From the NCBI GenBank assembly GCA_964484305.1, contig CAZAEI010000001.1:26936-90935 (forward strand): a stretch of 64,000 bases of DNA. The letters run 5' to 3'. Below the pieces are notes generated by a model. The model saw nothing but the letters and a program-made list of their open reading frames with translations. It was not told the origin of the DNA and did not search any database. This document shows, piece by piece, positions 36,898-51,800 of this stretch (position 1 is its first letter; the number at the start of each line of letters is the position of its first letter). This DNA comes from an uncultured archaeon (lineage in GTDB: Archaea; Aenigmatarchaeota; Aenigmatarchaeia; QMZP01). The translations under genes were made by a program, and so were the position numbers.

Positions 36898-39800
36898 AGC
36901 TTTCCCCCGGAACGGCAACGCCAGGCAGGAGAATGAAGAGCAGCCTCAAGAGCTCAGCCGGCATTATAGGTCTGTTATCGCTGATTCTGGCCGTGGGGTG
37001 TGTCTGGCTGCTGGTGGTCAATACGGCAGTTTCCCAGAAGGGTGTCGAGATTGTCACCGATAAGGAGGCATATAAGCAGGGGGAAGTTGTATCTGCCTTC
37101 ATATCAGGCCCTGCCAACATCAGCTTCAGCCTGGATATATTCGAGCCGGACAACCAGAGCATATTCCAGCTAAGGAACGAGAGCCTCAATGAAGAGGGTG
37201 AATTCAATCTCTACATCATGGCATATGAGAAACCGGGCATGTATGAAATCATTGTCTGGAACGAGAACCTTGCATTATCATGCACATTCGATGTGCTGAG
37301 ACCGGAGGGTATGTGGGGAGTAAATGGCTCTGGGAACCAGACCCCTGAGAATAAGACTTCAGGAGAGATTAACATCACCCTGGATATGGGTAACCAGACT
37401 GATAATGAGACCGGGCAGGAGAACCAGGGTGTTGTGGACATAATTAAACAGGTTCTTGAGATTCCGGAGAACAGGAGCCTGACTGCTGGAATTCAGGAGA
37501 CAGTTAACCTCTCTGAAACAGACTCCAATGAGAGTCTTTCTGAGTGTTTCAGGGAAAACGTAACAGGACCTGTCGATAACGCCTCCCTCGAAGTTAACCT
37601 GACCCTGGATGAGTCTGTTGTTCTGAGATCTGAGTCGCTGGAGGAGCTTGTACAGGGCGAGGCTTTTGTGGGCAGGCCTGTGAGATGGGTGAAGAAGATA
37701 ATGATGCCTGTACCAAGCAACATAAAGGTAGAGATTCCTGAACATGCATTTAATGTGAGTGTCTCTAGGGTTGCTGGGGGGATGAGGCAGAGAATTGAGG
37801 AGCAGGGACTGAAGAGAGTCCATGATACCCTAGAGCTAGACAATGCCACAGAGGTGGAGGTTGAATACTTCACAGAGCCGCCACAAGTCATGGAAGACGT
37901 CATCTCACAATACAGGAAGAGGATAACAGTCTATTCTGACATGCACTATGAAAACGTCCTGGCCTGGACAGAGATAGAGGAATTCCCTGAGGACAGTATC
38001 AGCCTTTACTGGTTCAGAGACGGGGAGAGGGAGCTTGTCGGAAGTGTCGATTACATCGACAGCAACGGAAACGGTATGATAGACAGGCTGGAATGGGTTG
38101 TTCCGCACCTGAGCAACCAGACATATGAGGTGGATATAGCCATACTCAACGTCCAGAGCTATCCTTCACTCTACGGCAACTGGACCGTGATGTTCAGCAC
38201 GACCGGGCAAGCGAACCTGACCATCACTGCTGTTAACGGGACGTCATGGAGCGATTCAGTTGGGGATAATGAGATGATGTTCCTTGAAATCAGGTGTGGT
38301 GATGAGGTTCTCGAATATGAGTGGATAGACAACGGCCCCTACAACTCATCCGTATTCATCGAGGATTATTCCTGCAATGAAACGGGCCATGAAACCAGCA
38401 TGGTCCTAGATGCAGGCAAGCACATGCTAGAGTTCAGGTTCGGAAACCTTGTTGGATATGCCTACAACTCCCTGGGAAGCCCCGTGTTCGAGACATATTC
38501 GGAGGCAGGATCGCCCGGCAATGTGTATTCGGTTGACGTCGACCCGCCATCCGGGACAGAAGGGGGTGACCTGCTTCTGGCTGTCTTCACCCACGACAGC
38601 ACATCAGGAACGCTCAGCTCTCCTGGCGACTGGACTGACCTCATGAGCAGCACCAGCACAGACGGCAGCACCTTCCTCATATCATACAAGGTAGCAGGCA
38701 GCGACGAAACCGGACCCTACACGTTCTCGAGCACTGACACCGACCAGCTTGCAGTTGGTGTGGCAAGGTTCAGCAACGTCGATCCCAGCAACCCCATAAA
38801 CTGCCAGTCCAGCGTAAGCATAGGGAACAGCAATGCCCCGCAGGCCCTGGCATGCACGACTAACATGGACGAAACCCTCGTTGTCAGGATGATGGCCGCG
38901 GACGATGACGACTACGGCACCCCGGGCAACTATCCCGGGGGGCACACGGGCGCGTTCACCGTGCAGTCGACAGGGAGTTCTGGTGAAACCCACTGCGCAA
39001 TGGCATATACGGATCAGGCCCTGGCCGGCTCGACAGGGACAGCATCATTCAGCATGAGCGCAAGAGAGCAGTGGGGAACGCTCACCGTCGCCCTGACTCC
39101 CATAGACGTAACGCCGCCGAACATAACAGACGCCCGGTTCGAGCAGACCCTGGTCATCATGAACGATGCGATCCTGTTCAACGTCAGCGTGGATGACAAC
39201 AAGTCAAGCGTGGACAAGGTCATCGCAACCTTCAGATATCCCAACGACACAAGGGTTAACGTGACCATGAATCATGACAGCGGGCCCCAGCCCCCCTGGG
39301 ATTCCACTGACATGGAAAGCAAGGAGCGTCAGGCAAAGGCAATGGATTCCACCATGGCCGAGGCCAACTACGATTTCAGCACGGGTGGGGGAACCGACAA
39401 GTTCGGCTGGAGCCACAACAACGTCGATGCAGGAGAGAGCGTGCCTCCCTTCCAGTCAATAAGCCCATGGAACTACGTCTACACCCAGATGTACAGCGAG
39501 GCAGGCTATGCCGCCCTTGGTAGCATGGACCAGAGCTTTTATGCCTGCATTGACCCAGGCTTCGGGGATTATTCTGTTCTTGCGCTCGACTTCATTGGCA
39601 TTGCAGAAGACCCCTCGGACATCAATGAAATCAACATCTCGTGGATTGGATACAGGCAGACATCGAACTACATGAAGGTGATGCTCAGAAACCAGACAGA
39701 GGGGAGCTGGGATTACACGGAATGGGATATAACCTCAACCTCCTCGCCAGGAGAGTACCATGAATGGGTTCTGAGCGGTGAGGATTTCGAGAAGTATGTC

Positions 39801-42800
39801 GTGGATGGAAGGCTTCTCATGATGCTCACTGTTGATGACGAGACCAACCAGCAGTTCTGGACGGATTTCGTGAACCTCAATGTAAGCTACGGGAAGCCCG
39901 GGGTGGATGATGACGGCAACTCCTCGTGGAGGGAATATTCGTTCACGAGCGCGGACGATTTTGACAAGATTACCGCAATCGAAATCCAGACCGAGGTGAG
40001 CTACTATGACCCGAGGGGCTCATACACCGGGGGAAGCAGCCTCCCTGACCTGGAGGTGCAGGCATGGGACGGAGACAGCTATGAGCCGGTGTTTCTCTAT
40101 GACATCAGCAGCTTGATGGGGGACGAGACCTACAACACCACAGATACCAATTTCACGGAGAACATCACGGATTCTGCCATAATGGATGCCTGGGAAACTG
40201 CAGACAACAGGAGGATAAGAATCAGGGGAGTCTACATGGACATGAACGGCGGCTACAACGACACCATGAACTGGACAGGTGTGTGGGCAACGATACACTA
40301 CGAGAACACGAGCGGCTACTTCCTCTACAACTGGGCTGATACAGCATCACTCGGGATATACAACGTCACGGACATCTATGCCAATGACACCTACAACAAC
40401 GTAAACCACACGACCTACACTGACCTATATTTCGAGGTCGTGACTGCGCCACCAATATGGAGAAACCAGGGAACTAGTGAAATCGAGGATACCATAGAAC
40501 TCGGTGATTCAATGACACTGTATGCGCAGGGAAGCGATGACTTCGGCCTCTGGGAGGCCATCCTGGCAACGGATGAGAGCGGGGAGTGGGTAAACCACTC
40601 TGGCGTCTACGGCTCGCCAATGAATCTGGGCAATGTCACTGACTGGGTCTGGTCAAACTTCACCTGGAATAACGCATCCTTCCCGACAGGAGCAACGATT
40701 TCATGGAGGATATGGTACAAGGACAACACCTCGAACTGGAACGCCACCAACATCCTGACCTTCGACATTGTTGATACGACCCCGCCTGGCTATCAGTATG
40801 ACTCGGACAACTCATCCGGCGCTGCATCAGAGAAGGATACTGTATCGGCATCGGCTTACTGGAGCGATGTGGGTGATTTGGACTATGCAATTTTGAGGAG
40901 CAATGAGAGTGGAGGCTGGGTTAACACGAGCTATTACGGGTTTGGCGAAAATCCGGAGTATTCCAACTTCAGCATTGACACTACAGGGCATCCTGATGAA
41001 ACCATATGCTGGGTTATCTGGGCCAATGACACGAGTGGGAATTTGAATGATTCGATGAGTCAGCACTGCTTTGATGTGAGGGACACTGCTCCGCCGGAAT
41101 ATGAATGTGATTCGGATGATTCGGGCGGGAGCGTGGATGAGGAAGTGAATGTAAAGGCATCTGCATACTGGGATGACAGCCTGGATCTGGATTATGCGAT
41201 ATTGAGGAGCAACGAGACAAGTAGCTGGTTGAACACGAGCGAGTATGATTTCTTTTTGACGCCTGATTATTCCAACTTCACTATCGGCACTTCAGGTCAT
41301 CCCGGGGAAACTATATGCTGGGTTATCTGGGCCAACGACACTTCGGGGAACCTGAATGATTCAATGAGTCAGCATTGCTTTGATGTCAATGATGTAAGTC
41401 CGCCTACTTATATGTATGACCAGGATGACTCTGGTGGGGCAGTGGATGACGGGGAAACCGTTGGGGTATCTGCATACTGGGATGACAACCTCGAGCTGGA
41501 AACTGCCATGTTGAGGAGCAACGAGACCGGGGGCTGGGTGAACACTAGCGGGTATGAGTTCACGGGGACCCCTCAGTATTCGAACTTCAGCATTGACAGC
41601 AGCGATCATCCTGGGGAGACAATCTGCTGGGTTATCTGGGCCAATGACACCAGCGGGAATTTGAATGAGAGCATGGAGCAGCACTGTTTCTTTGTTAATG
41701 ATATCACGCCGCCTTCCTATCTGTATGATTTGGATAATTCGAGCGGGTCGGTTGATGATGGTGAGACTGTCCAGGCTTCGGCGTATTGGGATGATGACGT
41801 TGAATTGGACAGCGCTGTGCTGAGGAGTAATGAAACGGGTAGCTGGGTTAACACGAGTTATTATGGATTTGGTTCAACGCCTGGGTATTCGAACTTCAGT
41901 ATTGACAACAGTGGTCATCCTGGGGAGACAATCTGCTGGGTTATCTGGGCCAATGATACTTCGAGTAATTTGAATGTGAGTATGGGTCAGCACTGTTTCG
42001 ATGTCAGGGATGTGACGCCGCCTACGTATCTCTATGACCAGGATGACAGCGGGGGTCTGGCGACTGAGGGTCAGGTCGTGCAGGTTTCTGCTTACTGGGA
42101 TGATGACCTTGAACTGGAGAGTGCTGTGTTGAGGAGTAATGAAACCGGGGGCTGGTTGAACACGAGCTACTATGGGTTCACTGGTAAGCCTCAGTATTCG
42201 AACTTCTCGATTGACAGCAGTGGTCATCCTGGGGAGACAATATGTTGGATCATCTGGGCCAATGATACTTCGGGTAATTTGAATGGGAGTATGGGTCAGC
42301 ATTGCTTCTACGTAAACAAGCCGCCACAGATAAATTCTGCAGAGTTCAATCAGACCACGATAAACCAGTACGAGAGCGTGCTGCTCACCGTGAACGTGAC
42401 TGACCCGGATGGTGTGAGTATGGTCATAGCAACCTTCCAGTACCCTGATTTGAGCACGGTCAATACCACCCTTAGCCAAGATGCAGGGGACAACTATACA
42501 TACGAGTGGATCGACACGTCGCTTGCAGGGAACTACAACGTCACCATAGTGTATGCGAACGATGGCTTTGATAGCTGGAATTCCACCATATACACAACTC
42601 TGGGATTCGATGTAGTTGGTGATGCACCACCCACTTCCACGCTTAATGTGCCTGATAATGGGAATATAACCAGGACCACCACAACGGTTGTGTTCAACTG
42701 CAGCGGATACGATGAAGTCAACCTGATAAACGTGACGCTGTGGGGAGACTGGCTCGGCTGGCACGCAAACGAGACCAACACCTCAGGCTATGATGATGCT

Positions 42801-45800
42801 GACTACATGTTCACCAAGACCATACCCGATGGCGACTATGTGTGGAACTGCTATGTTTGTGACTCTTTGGACCAGTGCTCTTTCGCTCCTGAGAACTACA
42901 CCTTCAGTGTGAACAGGTATCCCTACTATGAGAACGATGTTGACAACTCGAGTGGGGCAGTGGATGACGGAGAGGCTGTGGGGGCTTCGGCGTACTGGTA
43001 TGACCCCTACGGTGACCTGGATACCGCTATATTGAGGAGTAATGAAACGGGTTCGTGGGTTAACAGCAGCTATTACGGGTTCAGTTCGACGCCTGAGTAT
43101 TCCAACTTCACCATTGACACCACAGGGAATCCGAATGAAACCATCTGCTGGGTCATCTGGGTCAATGACACGGTCGGTAACCTGAACTCGAGCATGGGTC
43201 AGCACTGCTTCTTTGTTAACGATGTGAATTCACCGCAGTTCAGCAGTGCACAGACCAACCACACCTCTGTCACAAAGGGGGCCGTCCTGCTGGAGATGAC
43301 GGTTAATGATGATGTGAGTGTTAACAGCGTGTTGTTCGATATCAATTCAACGAATTACAGCTATTCCGGGGTGAGTGGTGATGTCTATGAGTATTACTTT
43401 GACTGCCAGGTGTTCGGCTCAGGAACGTGGCACTGGAACGCCACTTGGGCTATTGACGGCTCCGGTAACCAGAACTACACCATGGGTGAGGGCCTTCCCC
43501 AGTGGTTTGAATGCGATGCCGATGCCCCATCAGTAGGTGGGGAACAGGTCGATGTGGGCGCCAGCAACAGCGTGGTAAGGCTCAACCTGACTGTCACTGA
43601 CAACTTCGGAGTAGACACCGTGGTTTTTGAATTGGATGAGACAGGCGCTGGGTTAGGAGTGAACAACTACACCCAGACTGGCAGTTCCGGGGATGAGTGG
43701 TATCTTGTTTATGACTGCACCTCTACGGGAACGGTCTACTGGAACGGGGTTTATGCCAATGACACTGCAGGGAATTATGACTCAAACCTGAGCGTGGGGC
43801 TTTCCTTCTACTGCGACCTGGATGAGCCCGGGTGGTCCGGGCAGGGCCAGAACAGCAGCAACCCGGTTGCAGGGGAGGATGTCAGCGTGCATGCGTACTG
43901 GACAGATAACTATCTGCTGGGAAGCGCCCTGCTCGAGACCAACAGGAGCGGCTCACGGGTGAACGAGTCGTATCTGAGTCTGAGCGGGGCTGGGGACTGG
44001 AGCAACTTCACCGTGGACACCACAGGGCATGACGGGAAAACCGTTGCATGGAGAATATATGCAAACGACACCTTCGGGAACCTTAATGCCACGGATGACA
44101 TGAGCTTTGATGTCAGGCACGCATCGACATCGGGGATTCTCTACCAGAACGAGTCCGCGGACGTGACCGGGATAACCCAGACCGATTACAAGCATTACAA
44201 CATCACGCTGGAATTCAACAACACCGGGAACGAGTTTGCATATTCAGCCAGCCTCTCCCTAAGCCTGCCAGGCGGCTGGAGCGCCTACCCGGCCGTGCAC
44301 GAGTGCAGCGATGTCGGGAGCGGCCAGGCCTGCGGGCAGGATTTCAACGTGACCGTGCCTGCAGGAACAGGGCCTGGTGATTATTACGTGTATGGCTATG
44401 CCAACTGGAGCAACCCTGACTCCTCCAAAGGCTCGGCAGAGAACGATACTGTTTTCTCGGTTGAGTCCAACCCGGTTCTTGAGGTTCCAGAGACCGGGCT
44501 GTCAGACACTGTCAGTCACAACAACGAGGAGGTTGTTGGCTCGTTCACTGCCAACTCCACAGGCAATGACAACGTTGTTGGTATAGAGTTCAACTGCACT
44601 GGCGGGAACCTGAGCTATGACTGGGTTGAGTATGACCCCGTTAACATAACCAATCTCGCTGCTGGATATGAGCAGTCTGTAGAGGTAAGCGTGACCGTGC
44701 CTGCAGGCCAGGCTCCCGGGGAATACGGCTGCGTGATAAACGTATCTTCAGCGAACGGCGGACAGGACAGCCTGAACCTCAACACAACAGTTCCCGTTGA
44801 CGACTCGTGGACGAGGAGTCCGGCAACGTGCTCGAAGTCTGCTGCAGTAAATTCGACAGGAACGGTCTGCCAGGTCGTGATACAAAATACGGGCAACGTA
44901 CTGCTCAACGTCACGATAGAGCCTGTTGGCATGACCAACTACACCAATGCAAGCAAGAGTATGTTCCTCGTGGATGCACAGGGTTCGGACTCATTCAACA
45001 TAAACTACAACACCACCGGAGGGGTTGTAGGGTATGAGAACGTGACCACGTACAACATATCCGTCAACGGGACGCCCTACTACCAGCTGACCGAGGTTAC
45101 CCTGATTATAACCCAGGTCCCCTGGTGGAACTCGGAGTGGACCCACAGGAAGCAGATTCTCATATCCGAAAGCATGAACGTCGAAAGGGTGAATGACGTC
45201 ATAATGGTCAACGTGACAGACCTTGACGGGAAAATCAGCAGCTGCGAGAACGAGATAAGGGTTATCTCGATAGAGACCGGTGAGAACGTGGAGGTAACGA
45301 GGCAGATACTTGACGGTGATGATTCGAGCTGGTGTTATGTTGTCTTCCTGGGCAACGTCTCGGCCAGCGCGAGTGATGAGAAGCAATATTATGTTTATTA
45401 TAATAACTCCCAGGCCAGCGCACCCAGCTATGCAGACCCAATGGATTCTTACACTGACTCCGGCGGTTGGTATATGTTCAGCGGCCTGATAGAGTGGAAC
45501 TATTCCTGGTCAGGCGGCAGGGGCGGCGGGCCGATGAGGTCAAGGATAACCACCCCTGAGGGGCAGGAGGTGCTGAGTTCAACCACCTATGACGATGACA
45601 GCTTCCAGAACACGGACACCTTCATATCATTCACCACGGATGTGGACGGGCCCGTGTTCAAGCAGTTCACCCTCACGTCAAGCCTGAGGGGCACCCAGGT
45701 CATGAAGGTTTACGCATACCAGAACTGGTATGAGATAAACAACACGTACACATGCGCATCGGGCTGCGGTGATTACCACATTGTCGGCATAGGTGGGACA

Positions 45801-48800
45801 GACACCACGGGGAGGGGCTGGTATGATTTCTCTTCAACGACCGGGACTGGAGAGCAGACGGCAACGAACTTCTTCTTCGTGGATGACGGGGCGAACAACT
45901 GGGGTGTCGGCGTTGCAGTGAGCGGTGTGCCTGACCAGCCGTTTGACTCGGGAACTGCAAGCGACCTGGATTTCCACACATCAGTGGACGGCTGGTACAT
46001 AAACAACGACCCCTACACCGGCGGCTATCCCTTCTGGATTTTCACCACGGATTACGGAACCACGGGCTCGAACACCACGGCTACCAAGGTGAAGAACCCG
46101 CCCTCTGCATCAGAGGGTGGTGAGGAAAGGCTCATCATCCCTGAGATAGAATCGATAAGGGTGTACAACGTGACCGGACTGGGTGACACTCATTCAGGAG
46201 GGAGTCTGGTGGTGTCTGGCCTGAACGAGAGCTACAACGTAACCCTCAACGAGACCGGGCACGGCTATTACAGGGTCGAGATAAACGTGAGCGTGAGCGC
46301 TGACTGGAACATATCGGTCCTGACAAGGGCATACCATGAGGGCCTTGATTCGGGCTGGCAGGTGGCTTCGAATGACATATGGTACAGCATGGGCGCAGGG
46401 GACTACACCGGCGGCACGCTCTCCGCAGGGAAGGTTACCTGGGACACGGTCCAGGACGGCTCTGTTGAGGCAGGCGGGCACGTCACCTTCTATTACGTGC
46501 TCAACGCGAGCGGTGTGCCTGGCCAGGCAGGGGTACACTTCGTCATAAACGAGACCAATTATGAGAGGGCGAACGGCCTCTCAGTGGATGGGGATTGCTC
46601 TACCTTCATGGTGGAAGACGTGAACTCGCCCCTGTGGAGATACCAGGGCTCGAACGCGACCGTACTGGAGGCAGGCAGCTCGATACTCCTCTATGCCCAG
46701 GCCAGGGACTATGTGGGTCTGGACTACGCTGTCCTGGTAACAAACGAGAGCGGGTCTTGGGTCAACCAATCCGGTGTATACGACTCGCCCATGGATATGC
46801 AGGATGCAGTTGCCTGGGTCTGGTCGAACTTCACCTGGCAGAACTCCTCTGTTGCCGACGGCACCGTGGTGGGCTGGAAGGTGTGGTATAATGATACATC
46901 AGGGAACCTGAACTCAACAGACGAGTCAACCTTCCTGGTAATCTCCCCGCCGAAGTGGTCTGATAACAGGACCTATCCTTTGTCGCCGGCAACCTATGCC
47001 CCCGGACAGGCCTACATGTTCAACATCACCTGGACTGGATACGGAATTGATGACGTAACATTTGAATTCGATGGGGTGAACTATACCTACAAGTCCGGGC
47101 AGGTATCCAAGGATGGGGATGAGTACTACATAACCCTTACTGACTTATCTGTCGGTTCCTACAGCTACAGGTGGTATGCCAACAACACTGCAGCACAGTG
47201 GAACTCCACTGACCAGTCAACCTATTATGTTGAGAAGTCCTCCACATCGATTGGCCTGCTCCTGAACGGGAGCAGTGACAGGACATACCATTACGGAGAG
47301 ACAGCAAACCTCACGGCTGACCTGGACGTCAGCGGCAAGGACATCGATATATGGACGAATCTCTCCGGAAGCTATGAACTCTGGGACTCCGGGCCCGGGC
47401 CACTGGAGAACATCACCGTACTGGGATATGGGCTGGGCTACTACAACGTCACGGCCAACTTCTCCGGTGACGACAACTACACGGCATCGTATGATTCGCA
47501 CACCCTTACCCTGATTGGATGGTCCAGCATCTCCTGGGATTCGCCTGACGGGGGGACAGGCACCCCTGGTGACGTGATTGAACTGGGCTGCCTGGTCAGT
47601 GATGCTAACACGTCATCCCTCATAGGGAACTACCCTGTCACGTTCTACAACGTCACGGGTTCTGGTGAGAGTGAGATAGGGGTTAACTACACCAACTCCT
47701 CTGGCCAGGCTGTCTGGTACTGGGACACATCCGGGCTTCCTGCCGGGGCCTACTATCCGAAGTGTAACATAACGGACAACGAGACCCTGCTCTACAACGA
47801 GACTGACGAGAACGAGGGCAACACGACCTATTACCTGGTTACCCTAGGAACTCCGGTTCTGACCGTGGAGACCCCTGACCTTCTCATAGGTAAGGGCAAC
47901 CCAGGAGACAATGCAACCGTGAGCTGCAGCATCGACTGCTCCGGCGGGAGCTGCCTGGGACTGCAGCTCGGCCTGCAGTACGAGAACGCATCCGGATGGC
48001 ACTGGATAGGCAATGACGGCAACCTGGAGATAAACCACACCAACCCAAAGGACTGTGGGGACGCCCCCTCGTGCTCGGATACCTGGGACATATTCGGCAA
48101 GGTCAATGGAAGCTTTAACCTGAGGTGCAATGCCACTGCCTCGACACCCCTGGAGAGCAACATCAATTCAGGCAGCAACGTCCTGGAGATATACACTGGT
48201 TCCCTGTCCATAGAGTCATGGACGCCTGCGAGCAGTCCATATGACCTCTCCATCTATGACGCCTTTGATATAGACCCTGTGATAAGGTGCACTGCACCCG
48301 AGGGGACAAGGGCAGGATGTGGTGATGTCTTGATGTATGCGAGGACCAACCAGACCGGCTCCCCTGCCACTGACCCCATATCTGGCTCGACTGACATCAG
48401 ACTCGAGAGCGGAAGTGTGGAGCAGTACTACGGCTCGCAATATCCAGGAAGTGATGGGGGATACTACGAGATTCCATTCTCTGCAATAACGGTCAACATG
48501 ACTGTGGGGGGCGATGCAGGGGGCACGGCAAGGCTTTATGACGTCAAGGTAAACTCAAGTGATGCTGACGTTGACGAGGTTGACCCGTCCGACAGGGTGG
48601 CCGTAGGCCATACAGGCCAGATAACCATTGAGATGTACGATGTATCCAGCACCATTGACGAGGGCTTTGACATCATATACAACATATCATGTTCTGGCTA
48701 CAGGTGCCTGGACGTGGAGCTCTGGGCCAGGTATAACGCCACAGGTTCTGATGCAGACACCCTAGCTCCTGTATCACCGAGCCCGGCTGTGTTCAACGTC

Positions 48801-51800
48801 TCCCAGCAGCCAGTAAGGACCCTGAGCATGAGTGCTGGGGAGAGCCAGATTGCGATGACCATATCCGCAGGTGCGGGCTCCAGCCCTGGGGAGTGGAAGA
48901 TTGATTTGTTCGGGAACTCGAGTTATGCAGAAACTGCTGATGAGGACCCCACAGACGGTGTACTAAAGCTCACATCTGTTTCCATAACTGCAGACCTGGC
49001 TTCCCTTTCACCATCCAACATAATGGAGGGTGGGAACTCTGCTGCAAGCGGCTACTGTGAATGCGCTGGCGCGTGCACGAACACCGTGATTTACGTGCAG
49101 TTCAGCGACGGGGACTGGAAGAACATACCCACGGACATCAGTGAGGAGTTGAGCTCCAACGTGACAAGCTACTTCATAGGTTCGCTGAGCGGGACGTCTG
49201 GAACATATGAGTTCAATCTCACTGGACTGGTTGGTGGGAACTACTCTGTCAGGGTGAGGTGTGATTCAACCGATGATGCTGACAACTCATACAACATCAC
49301 CCTTGAGTTGGATGACTATCCAGACTTCTCAGGGTTTGCAGTGAACTCATCTCTGCTCTACAGTGGTCAGGCTGCCAGGTTCAACGTCTCCATACAGGAT
49401 GAAGCTGGGGTGACGTATGCAAACTTCACCATAAACGGCGTGACGTATGACGCAGTCCAGGGCTCTGGAAACGAGTGGTACTATGACTGGGTGTGCTCTG
49501 CATCTGATGCTGACGTGGACTGGACATATGCAGGGGCGAATGACACAGAAGGATACTGGAACGATACATCAGTTATATCCGTATCAACAGAGTGTGATGC
49601 CCAGGCGCCAACAATAACCGGTCCTGTCATCAACGACAGCTCTACAGTAAACCTGGGTACCTGGGTCAGGGTCAATGCTTCCATATCAGACCCAGAGGGC
49701 CACCTGAACACCGTACTGCTCATGGTTGACAGGCCAACATCCTCTGACTACAACATCACGCCAAACGTCAACGGTGATGAATACTACTATGAGTTCGAGT
49801 TGGATGAGACCGGGCAGTGGAGGTTTGAGTTCTTTGCAAACGACACTGGAAACCAGGTCTCCACTGACTATGCAGAGGATGGTCTGAGCAACGAGTACAT
49901 AGATGTCCAGGATATCGAGAGTCCTGTCATCTCTGGCGAGCAGGTCAACACGAGTGTGAGCAACGGGTGGGTTAGGCTCAACGTGACTGCCACTGACAAC
50001 GTCGGGGTAGACACCGTGGTCTTTGAGCTGGACGAAACAGGTGTTGGGTTGGGAGTGAACAACTACACACAGACCGGCAGCTCAGGGGATGAGTGGTACT
50101 ATGAATACCAGTGCACTGCCTCTGGGACGGCCTACTGGAACGAGGTCTATGCCAATGACTCTGCAGGGAATTATGACTCAAACATGAGCGTAGGGCTTTC
50201 CTTCTATTGCGACATGGATGAACCAGAGTGGTCCGGGCAGGGCCAGAACGAGAGCAACCCGGTTTCAGGGGATGCCGTGAGTGTCTACTCCTACTGGACA
50301 GATAACAATGAGCTTGAGAGCGCAGTGCTCAAGACAAATAGTAGCGGTTCCTGGGTGAACGAGTCGTATCTGGGTTTGAGCGGGGCTTCGGGCTGGAGCA
50401 ACTTTACCGTGGACGCCACAGGGCACGACAGCGAGACCATTGCATGGAGGATATACGTTAATGACACTGCAGGCAACCTCAACGTGACTGCTGATATGAG
50501 CTTCAATGTCAGGTATGCCTCTACCTCAGGCATCCTGTACCAGAATGAGAGCGTTGACGTGAGCGGAATAACCCAGTCTGCTTCAATGGACTACAACATC
50601 ACTCTGGAGTTCAACAACACAGGCAACGAGGTTGCATACTCAACAGAGCTCTCCCTGAGCCTGCCATCGGGCTGGAGCGCATACCCCTCGTTGTACGCGT
50701 GCGGTGATGTGGAGAGCGGCCAGTCATGTAAGCAGGATTTCAACGTCACAGTGCCTGCTGGCACGTCTCCTGGTGATTACTACGTGTATGGATATGCAAA
50801 TTGGACCAATCCTGACTCATCGCTGGGTTCAGCAGAGAACCAGACCACCTTCTCGGTGGAGTCCAGCCCGATTCTCGATGTTCCGGAGACCGGTCTGGCA
50901 GACACAGTGAGCCACGGCACTGAAGAGACTGTGGGTACCTTTACGGCAAACTCCACAGGTAACGATGACGTTACTGGGATAGAATTCAACTGCACGGACG
51001 GGAACCTGAGCTATGAGTGGGTAGAGTATGAGCCAGTGAACATAACTACGCTTGGTGCTGGCTCTGAGCAGGCTGTACAGGTTAACGTGACTGTGCCTGC
51101 AGGCCAGGTTCCAGGAGAATACAGTTGTGTGATAAACGTGTCTTCAGCCAACGGGGGACAGGACGGCCTGAACCTCAACGTGACCGTGCCTGTTGATGAC
51201 TCATGGACCAGGAGTCCGGCAACCTGCTCCAAATCAGTGACCGTGAACGAAACCGGTTTGGTCTGCCAGGTCGTGACAGAGAATACGGGCAACGTGCTGC
51301 TCAACGCCACGATAGAGCCAGTGGGCATGACCAACTACACCAATGCCAGCGAGACAATGCTCCTGATTGGTGCACAGGGCTCGGATTCCTTCAACATCAA
51401 CTACAACACCACCGGAGGGTTTGTTGGATACGAGAACGTGACTACGTACAATATATCTGTCAACGGGACGCCATACTACCAGACAGTTGAGGTGACGCTG
51501 AGGATTGTGAAACCCATATGGTGGAATTCATACTGGAATTACAAGCAGAGGCTGAACATCACGAACAGTAATGACACCGACACCCTGATAGAGAATTATA
51601 CAATCAATCTGGCCCTGGACACGGCATCGCTTGTCTCGCTGGGCAAGCTGATGGTAAACGGCTCTGACCTTAGGATAGTCTACTACAATGGCTCTGAATA
51701 CACCGAGCTGGACAGGATAAACACCACTCCATTCAACACGGCAAGCACCACCATACTGTTCAGGCTGCAGAAGAACGTATCTGCTGGTGATTCTGATACA

